From positions 5,735 to 38,446 of the forward strand of contig DKXC01000095.1 in the NCBI GenBank assembly GCA_002492045.1: 32,712 nt of DNA. Direction: 5' to 3'. Each line of letters opens with the position of its first letter. Position 1 is the first letter of the stretch. The position numbers and the translations under genes are program-made. Of the stretch, positions 26,442-32,712 are shown piece after piece. Origin of the DNA: Micrococcaceae bacterium UBA7136. Lineage in GTDB: Bacteria > Actinomycetota > Actinomycetes > Actinomycetales > Micrococcaceae. The notes under the pieces are model-generated. The model was not told the origin of the DNA. It saw only the letters and a list, made by a program, of their open reading frames with translations, and did no database searches.

Positions 26442-26503
26442 TGGGCGCCAATCTTTTCAAGGGGCGGTCAAAAATGACCGGCAGGTGCAAAGATCACCGC
26501 CCC
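26442..26503. repeat. Palindromic repeat family B, copy B3 (direct with B2)
   Basis: 55/62 identical to B2 by manual alignment. Confidence 0.92.
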
Positions 26504-26521
26504 GGCAGAAGCGTCCGGCTA

Positions 26522-26582
26522 CAGACAAGGACGCCGCCCCGCTCCCACCAGCCTCAGGGCCAGCAGCAACAGGACGGCGCCC
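26522..26582 (-). terminator. Probable terminator hairpin after purL
   Basis: Minus strand GGGCGCCGTCC...GGGCGGCGTCC stem with G-U pairs, then TTGTCTGT. Confidence 0.5.
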
Positions 26583-26604
26583 TCAAAGCTCAGGCTAGAG
26601 CAGC

Positions 26605-28923
26605 CTAGCCGGGGGCAACTTCACCGAAGTGGCGGGCCAGGGTGCCCTCGTGGGCAGCCCGTAGCTCGTCCAGGTCAATAGCAACCTCACCCTGCAGATC
26701 CAGGGCACCAGAGGCAGCATCCACAACGCCAATGCGGGCGAAGGGGTAGTTTCGGGCAGTGCACATGTCCTTGAAACGGACCTCCTCGGAGCGGGGCACA
26801 GAAACCACCACGCGGCCCAGAGACTCAGAGAAGAGCAGGGTAAAGAGATCCAGGCCGTCACGCTCAGCAACCTCACCCAGGCCAATGCGGGCACCCACAC
26901 CAAAGCGCAGGCAGGCCTCAGACAGGGCAGCAGCCAGGCCACCAGCAGAAACATCGTGGGCGGCATCAATCAGGCCGTCCCGGCTCATATTGACCAGCAG
27001 GTCACCCAGCAGCTTCTCGGCAGCCAGGTCAACCTTGGGAGGCAGGCCGCCCAGGTGACCCTTGAAACGGGCCCACTCAGAACCGTCCAGCTCGTCGCGG
27101 GTAGTACCCAGCAGGTAGATAGCCTGGCCGTCATGCTCAGGAGCCCAACCAGAAGGAGTCCGGCGGGTCACATCATCCATGACACCCATCATGGCCACCA
27201 CGGGGGTGGGGTTAATGGCCTTGCCACCGGTCTGGTTGTAGAGGGAGACGTTACCGCCGGTTACCGGCACGCCCAGCTCCATACAGCCGTCGGCGATACC
27301 GCGCACAGCCTCAGCGAACTGCCACATGATGTCCGGGTCCTCAGGAGAACCGAAGTTGAGGCAGTCAGAAACAGCCACAGGGCGGGCACCGGCGGTAGCC
27401 ACGTTGCGGTAGGCCTCAGCCAGGGAAGCCTTAGCACCCTGGTAGGGGTCGAGCTTGGTGAAGCGGGGGTTAGAGTCGGTCGCCAGGGCAACACCCAGGC
27501 CGGTCTCTTCGTCCACGCGAATCACACCGGAGTCGTCCGGCATAGACAGGGCAGTGTTGCCCTGAACGTAGCGGTCGTACTGGTTGGTAATCCAAGACTT
27601 GGAGCACATGTTGGGGGCAGCCATGAAGTCCTTGATGGCCTGACCCAGCTCGGCACCGGTGGGGCGGGCGTCGTCCGCAGCAGAACCGGTGAACTTGTCG
27701 GCCTGCAGGGCGTCCTGCCAGTCGGGGCGGGCGTAGGGACGCTCGTAGGTGGGGCCGTCATGGGCGACGGTCTTGGGGTCCACATCAACGATGATTTCGC
27801 CCTCCCACTCAATGGTCAGGCGGCCGTTGCCGGTCACTTCACCCAGGACCGAGTACTCAACATCCCACTTGGCCATGATCTCTTCAAAGCGGGCCAGGTT
27901 GGCAGGGGTAACAACCGCCATCATGCGCTCCTGAGACTCAGACATGAGAATCTCACCGGGGGTCAGGGTGGGGTCGCGCAGCAGAACCTTGGTCAGGTCA
28001 ACGTGCATGCCGCCGTCACCGTTAGAAGCCAGCTCGCTGGTGGCACAGGAGATACCGGCCGCACCCAGATCCTGGATACCCTCCACCACGGAGCCCTTGA
28101 AGAGCTCCAGGCAGCACTCAATCAGGACCTTCTCGGCGAAGGGGTCGCCCACCTGCACGGCAGGACGCTTAGAGGGCTTGGTGTCGTCAAAGGACTCAGA
28201 GGCCAGGACGGAGGCACCACCAATACCGTCACCACCGGTGCGGGCACCGAAAAGAATGACCTTATTGCCCACACCAGAGGCGTTAGCGGTGCGGATATCC
28301 TCGTGGCGCATAATGCCCACAGCCAGGGCGTTGACCAGGGGGTTGGCCTGGTAGCACTCGTCGAACTCAACCTCGCCACCAATATTGGGCAGGCCCAGGG
28401 AGTTGCCGTAGCCGCCCACACCAGAAACAACACCGGGCAGGACGCGGGCGGTGTCGGGGTGGTCGATGGCACCGAAACGCAGGGGATCCATGACGGCTAC
28501 CGGGCGGGCACCCATAGAGATAATGTCACGCACAATACCGCCCACGCCGGTGGCTGCACCCTGGTAGGGCTCAACATAGGAGGGGTGGTTGTGGGATTCA
28601 ATCTTAAAGGTCACAGCCCAGCCGTTACCAATGTTGGTCACACCGGCGTTCTCGCCGATGCCGACCATGAGGTCCTTCTTCATCTCGTCGGTGACCTTGG
28701 CACCGAACTGCTTGAGGTGAACCTTAGAGGACTTGTAGGAGCAGTGCTCAGACCACATAACCGAGTACATGGCCAGCTCGGCTGCGGTAGGACGGCGGCC
28801 CAGGATCTTCTTAATCTCCTGGAACTCGTTCTCCTTGAGGCCCAGCTCGGCCCAGGGCAGCTCGGTGTCGGGGGTGGCCGCGGCCTGCTCGACGGTGTCT
28901 AGGTTAAACTTCTTGTCGCTCAC
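26605..28923 (-). CDS. purL: Phosphoribosylformylglycinamidine synthase subunit PurL
   Basis: [43 protein letters not shown]. Confidence 0.97.
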   Translation of the reverse strand: MSDKKFNLDTVEQAAATPDTELPWAELGLKENEFQEIKKILGRRPTAAELAMYSVMWSEHCSYKSSKVHLKQFGAKVTDEMKKDLMVGIGENAGVTNIGNGWAVTFKIESHNHPSYVEPYQGAATGVGGIVRDIISMGARPVAVMDPLRFGAIDHPDTARVLPGVVSGVGGYGNSLGLPNIGGEVEFDECYQANPLVNALAVGIMRHEDIRTANASGVGNKVILFGARTGGDGIGGASVLASESFDDTKPSKRPAVQVGDPFAEKVLIECCLELFKGSVVEGIQDLGAAGISCATSELASNGDGGMHVDLTKVLLRDPTLTPGEILMSESQERMMAVVTPANLARFEEIMAKWDVEYSVLGEVTGNGRLTIEWEGEIIVDVDPKTVAHDGPTYERPYARPDWQDALQADKFTGSAADDARPTGAELGQAIKDFMAAPNMCSKSWITNQYDRYVQGNTALSMPDDSGVIRVDEETGLGVALATDSNPRFTKLDPYQGAKASLAEAYRNVATAGARPVAVSDCLNFGSPEDPDIMWQFAEAVRGIADGCMELGVPVTGGNVSLYNQTGGKAINPTPVVAMMGVMDDVTRRTPSGWAPEHDGQAIYLLGTTRDELDGSEWARFKGHLGGLPPKVDLAAEKLLGDLLVNMSRDGLIDAAHDVSAGGLAAALSEACLRFGVGARIGLGEVAERDGLDLFTLLFSESLGRVVVSVPRSEEVRFKDMCTARNYPFARIGVVDAASGALDLQGEVAIDLDELRAAHEGTLARHFGEVAPG

Positions 28924-28941
28924 TCTTGCTTTCCTTCGCGC

Positions 28942-29739
28942 TTAGGCCTTGACCAGCTGGTTGAGTAGGGAGGTGAAGACGCCCAGGCCGTCGGCGCCGC
29001 CGCGCAGACCCACGGTGCCAAAACCTGAGGAGGAGGGGCCGAAACCGGGTTCGACGGCGTGCTCGGGGTGGGGCATGAGACCAACCACGTTGCCGCGCTC
29101 GTTGCAGATACCGGCAATGTCATTGCGGGAGCCGTTGGGGTTAACATCCACGTAGCGGAAGACAACCCGACCCTCAGCCTCTAGGGCCTCAAGGGTCTTG
29201 GGGTCGGCTACGTACTGGCCGTCCTGGTTCTTGAGGGGCACCACAATCTCCTGGCCAGCAGCAAAGTCGCCGGTCCAGGAGGTCTGGTTAGTCTCAACCC
29301 GCAGGGTCTGGTCGCGGCAGATGAACTTACGATGATCGTTCTTGATCATGGAGCCGGGCAGCAGGTGGGTTTCAGTCAGAATCTGGAAACCATTGCAGAT
29401 ACCCAGTACCGGCAGGGGGTTGTCGGCGGCGCTAGCAGCCTCAACCACCTTGCTCATGACCGGGGCCTTAGCGGCGATAGCGCCAGCCCGCAGGTAGTCA
29501 CCATAGGAAAAACCGCCGGGTACGATGACAGCATCTACCTTGTGTAGGTCTGCCTCATCGTGCCACAGCGGCAGGGGGGTGCCACCAGCCAGGCGGACAG
29601 CGCGGCTAGCGTCCCGGTCGTCCAGGGTGCCGGGGAAGGTAATGACGCCTACCCGGACGTCTGCCAGGGCGGGGTTAGGGGTGGACTGGCTGAAGTCGCC
29701 AACCAGGGGAACTTCGCTTGCTGCGAGGGATTCTGCCAT
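28942..29739 (-). CDS. purQ: FGAM synthase glutaminase subunit PurQ
   Basis: [28 protein letters not shown]. Confidence 0.97.
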   Translation of the reverse strand: MAESLAASEVPLVGDFSQSTPNPALADVRVGVITFPGTLDDRDASRAVRLAGGTPLPLWHDEADLHKVDAVIVPGGFSYGDYLRAGAIAAKAPVMSKVVEAASAADNPLPVLGICNGFQILTETHLLPGSMIKNDHRKFICRDQTLRVETNQTSWTGDFAAGQEIVVPLKNQDGQYVADPKTLEALEAEGRVVFRYVDVNPNGSRNDIAGICNERGNVVGLMPHPEHAVEPGFGPSSSGFGTVGLRGGADGLGVFTSLLNQLVKA

Positions 29740-29744
29740 GGTGC

Positions 29745-29996
29745 TTAGTCCTCCAGTGCTGCGACGTTGACGACGTCTTCAATCACAGGGTTGGACAGCA
29801 GTTCTTCGGCGGCCTGGCGGGCCTGGGCGAGTAGTTCTTCGGTTACTTCGCCTTCGACCGTCAGCTCAAAGCGCTTGCCCTGGCGAACATCGGTGAAGTT
29901 GGATAGTCCGATGCGGGGAAGCTCGTTGGCAATTGCCTTGCCCTGGGGGTCAAGGATTTCGGGCTTGAGCATAACGTCAACAACAATACGGGCCAT
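29745..29996 (-). CDS. purS: FGAM synthase subunit PurS
   Basis: [22 protein letters not shown]. Confidence 0.96.
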   Translation of the reverse strand: MARIVVDVMLKPEILDPQGKAIANELPRIGLSNFTDVRQGKRFELTVEGEVTEELLAQARQAAEELLSNPVIEDVVNVAALED

Positions 29997-30158
29997 GAGT
30001 GGGCACTCCTTGGGTGCTGGAATCTATAAGAGCCGTTCACCATTCTACTGGCTAGTGGTGCAGGTCGCCTACCAACATGATTTAGAGCCTGCAGAAATCT
30101 GGGAAGATAGAGGGTCACCAAGATGCACTCGTCCTTATAGGTTTGAAAGGAAACTGCC

Positions 30159-32669
30159 CTGTCGCGCTCCGTTCGGCCCCTGCTTGCCTTAGCTAGCCTG
30201 CCCCTGCTTGCGGTCAGCCCTCTGACCCCGGCCCTGGCTGCCGGTCAGCCCGTCCCCGGCCCTACCGGCGGCCCCGGCTATTTTCAGGAAGAAAATATTG
30301 GCTCCCAGCTGGTGGGAGATTCTGCCAGCTACCGTATCCCTGCCCTGGCTGACCTGGGTGCTGGTGTTCTGCTGGCTGCCTGGGACGGGCGTCCCTACGG
30401 GGCCGCTGACGCCCCCAACCCCAACTCTATTGTGCTGCGCCGCTCCACCGACAACGGTGCCAGCTGGGAGCCCATCAGCTTTATTGCCCGCGGCCACCTG
30501 GGCGACGCCCAACAGGCCAAGTACGGCTACTCTGACCCCTCCATTGTGGTAGACCGCCAAACCGGCACCGTCTTTGCCTTCTTCGTCTACTCCCAGGACG
30601 CTGGCTGGCACTACAGCCAGTACGGCAACCAGGTGGCCCAGGACCGCTCAGTGGTGGGGGCCGTGGTAGTTGAGTCTAAGGACCAGGGTAAGACCTGGAG
30701 CCAGCCACGCGACATCACTCCCATCGTTAAGCCCGGCCAGTCTAAAACTAACCCCCAGCCCGGTGACGCCAAGGCCGTTTTTGCCACCTCTGGTGAGGGT
30801 ATTCAGCTGCGCTACGGGGCTCACGCTGGCCGCCTGGTTCAGCAGTTTGTGGGCAAGGTGCGTACTGCTAATGGTGGCGAAGACATCCAGGCCTACTCGG
30901 TTTATTCTGACGACCACGGCGCTACCTGGAAGCGGGGTGACTATGTGGGCAGCGGCATGGATGAAAACAAGACTGTTGAACTGTCTGACGGCCGTCTGCT
31001 GCTGAACTCCCGCGACAGCCAGGACGGCGGCTACCGCAAGGTAGCTATCAGTCGGGACGGCGGCCAGAGCTGGGGCGCGGTCAGCCAGGACACCGAACTG
31101 CCCGACCCCACTAATAACGCTTCGATTATCCGCATGTACCCTGAGGCGGCCGCCGGTAGCGCCCAGGCGAAGAAGCTTCTTTTCACCAACGCTAATAGCC
31201 AGCGGGGCCGAGAAAACCTGACCGCCCGGGTGTCCTGCGACAACGGTGAAACCTGGCCGGGCATCCGCCAAATTAAGGCTGGTTTTGCGGCCTATTCTTC
31301 GGCAACAGCCCTATCGAACGGCCGCTACGGGGTGTTCTATGAGGCTAACTACAGCACCGATATGCGTTTTGCTAGCTTTGATGAGGCCTGGCTCAACGTG
31401 GTCTGTGCCCCTATGAGAGCACCCGAGCAGGCCCTGCAGGCTGGCGGTGAGGCCCAGCTACCGGTGACCATTGAGAACCAGGAGAGCCAAGCCATCAAGG
31501 GACGCCTGGAACTGGTAGACACCGCCCAGGCCAGGGGGCTTAAAACCCTGGAGGTAAACCTGGCAGTTGGCCAGAAGAAGACCCTAGACCTGCCCATCTA
31601 TCTGGCTCCTTCTGCTACAAGTGGCAGGCTAGAGCTGGTCTTTACTGACAGCCAGGGCCGCCAGTCCCGCACCCAGGTGACCAGCCGGGTTGAGGGGTCT
31701 CAACCGGTCTTTGGCGCCCAGGTTTACGGGGGCCGGGTGACCGGTGGTGAGCGTGACCTGGCCCTGAACCCCTACCGGGTGGGCGAAAAAATCGGTTACA
31801 CCTTCACAGTGACCAATACTGCCAAGGAGACGGTACATGTGCTGCCCCAGGGGGGCAACATGGACGCAGCCGGTTTCCTGCCCCCGTCTGTGCCTAACTG
31901 CCGCTACTCCAACCTGCCTGCGGGTGCCAGCTACACCTGCACCACCGCAGTTCACACCATCACCCAGGAGGACCTAGACCGGGGCTACTTTGAGCCTGCC
32001 CTAGATTTTTCGGTGGTCGCTGCAGCTGATTCCTCCCGCCAGGTTCAGATGCAGTACCGGGGCCAGCAGCTGGCCCTGCGTGACACCAGCCTGCCTGCCC
32101 TTGAGGTACAGGGACGCCTGCTAGGGGAGGCCCCGCAGCAGGTGACAGTGGGCCAGAAACTAACCTACGAGTTCACGGTTCGTAACCTCTCTAGCGTGGT
32201 CCTGACCTCCACCCCGGTCTCGGGTTCTTTCGATGAGCGGGGTTTCCTGCCCCCGTCCGCCCCTAACTGCCGCTGGCGCAACCTGGCCGCCGGGGCTAGC
32301 TACACCTGCGGCACGGCGGTTCATACGGTAAGTCAGGCTGACCTGGATCGGGGTTATTTCGAGCCGACAGCTACCTTCAGCGCCCAGGACGCCAGCGGTC
32401 GGGAGGCCTCCTTTAGCTTTACCGGTCAGCGGGTAGTTTTGAAGCCTGCGCCTGCGGCCCAGCCTGCCCAGCCTGCCCCTGTGGTCAAGCCTGCCCCGGT
32501 AGCTAGCCCCTCAGCTAGCCAGGCGGTTCCGCTCAAGCCGGCTCCGGCTCAGCCTAGCGCCCAGCCGCAGCCCTCTGCCTCGGCCCAGCCTTCGGCTAGC
32601 CCGCAGCAGAACTCCAGGCAGACCATCCTGGACTACTTCCGCAAGCGCTTCTTCCTACGAGGACGCTAA
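30159..32669 (+). CDS. Secreted GH33 exo-alpha-sialidase (probable CTG start) with Ig-like domain, two tandem repeat domains and Pro/Ala/Gln tail
   Basis: YRIP motif, five Asp-boxes (STDNGASW, SKDQGKTW, SDDHGATW, SRDGGQSW, SCDNGETW); in-frame signal peptide upstream of GTG 30312 begins at CTG 30159 after a GAAAGGA SD. Confidence 0.9.
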   Translation: MSRSVRPLLALASLPLLAVSPLTPALAAGQPVPGPTGGPGYFQEENIGSQLVGDSASYRIPALADLGAGVLLAAWDGRPYGAADAPNPNSIVLRRSTDNGASWEPISFIARGHLGDAQQAKYGYSDPSIVVDRQTGTVFAFFVYSQDAGWHYSQYGNQVAQDRSVVGAVVVESKDQGKTWSQPRDITPIVKPGQSKTNPQPGDAKAVFATSGEGIQLRYGAHAGRLVQQFVGKVRTANGGEDIQAYSVYSDDHGATWKRGDYVGSGMDENKTVELSDGRLLLNSRDSQDGGYRKVAISRDGGQSWGAVSQDTELPDPTNNASIIRMYPEAAAGSAQAKKLLFTNANSQRGRENLTARVSCDNGETWPGIRQIKAGFAAYSSATALSNGRYGVFYEANYSTDMRFASFDEAWLNVVCAPMRAPEQALQAGGEAQLPVTIENQESQAIKGRLELVDTAQARGLKTLEVNLAVGQKKTLDLPIYLAPSATSGRLELVFTDSQGRQSRTQVTSRVEGSQPVFGAQVYGGRVTGGERDLALNPYRVGEKIGYTFTVTNTAKETVHVLPQGGNMDAAGFLPPSVPNCRYSNLPAGASYTCTTAVHTITQEDLDRGYFEPALDFSVVAAADSSRQVQMQYRGQQLALRDTSLPALEVQGRLLGEAPQQVTVGQKLTYEFTVRNLSSVVLTSTPVSGSFDERGFLPPSAPNCRWRNLAAGASYTCGTAVHTVSQADLDRGYFEPTATFSAQDASGREASFSFTGQRVVLKPAPAAQPAQPAPVVKPAPVASPSASQAVPLKPAPAQPSAQPQPSASAQPSASPQQNSRQTILDYFRKRFFLRGR
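31779..32366 (+). repeat. Two 123-aa-spaced repeat domains within the sialidase
   Basis: VG.K..Y.FTV.N...GFLPPS.PNCR..NL.AGASYTC.TAVHT..Q.DLDRGYFEP at 31779 and 32148 (offset 369 nt). Confidence 0.85.
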
Positions 32670-32712
32670 GAGGATTATTCATGAGGACGGGTTAGGCTCG
32701 CAGACTCGCGCT

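Noticed and set aside
26956-28902. 648-aa plus-strand ORF
   Set aside because: Antisense shadow of purL, expected from high-GC codon bias

Overview
High-GC actinobacterial chromosomal window; gene content, a SAM-IV riboswitch and leaderless TANNNT promoters point to Micrococcaceae, probably Rothia (inference). The housekeeping backbone is an amino-acid ABC ATPase end, a TRIC-family protein, acs, a SAM-IV-controlled flavin monooxygenase, cls, a 2-hydroxyacid dehydrogenase, an Opp/Dpp peptide ABC operon, a RAT-controlled PTS EIIBCA, a P-type ATPase, purSQL and a secreted sialidase. The most striking signal is two paralogous orphan genes encoding AbiEi-like wHTH + DUF559/Vsr-like nuclease proteins (6583-7482, broken by one stop; 24275-25177, intact). 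Each is bracketed by its own family of 62-71 bp palindromes, and each has a perfect DnaA box exactly 50 bp upstream of a leaderless ATG. A lipoprotein gene lies cassette-like between two family-B palindromes. This resembles RAYT/REP organisation but with a different enzyme class. Two lower-GC AAA-ATPase genes carry phased direct-repeat arrays (about 10 bp and 23 bp periods) over their promoters, and the sialidase appears to start at a CTG codon.
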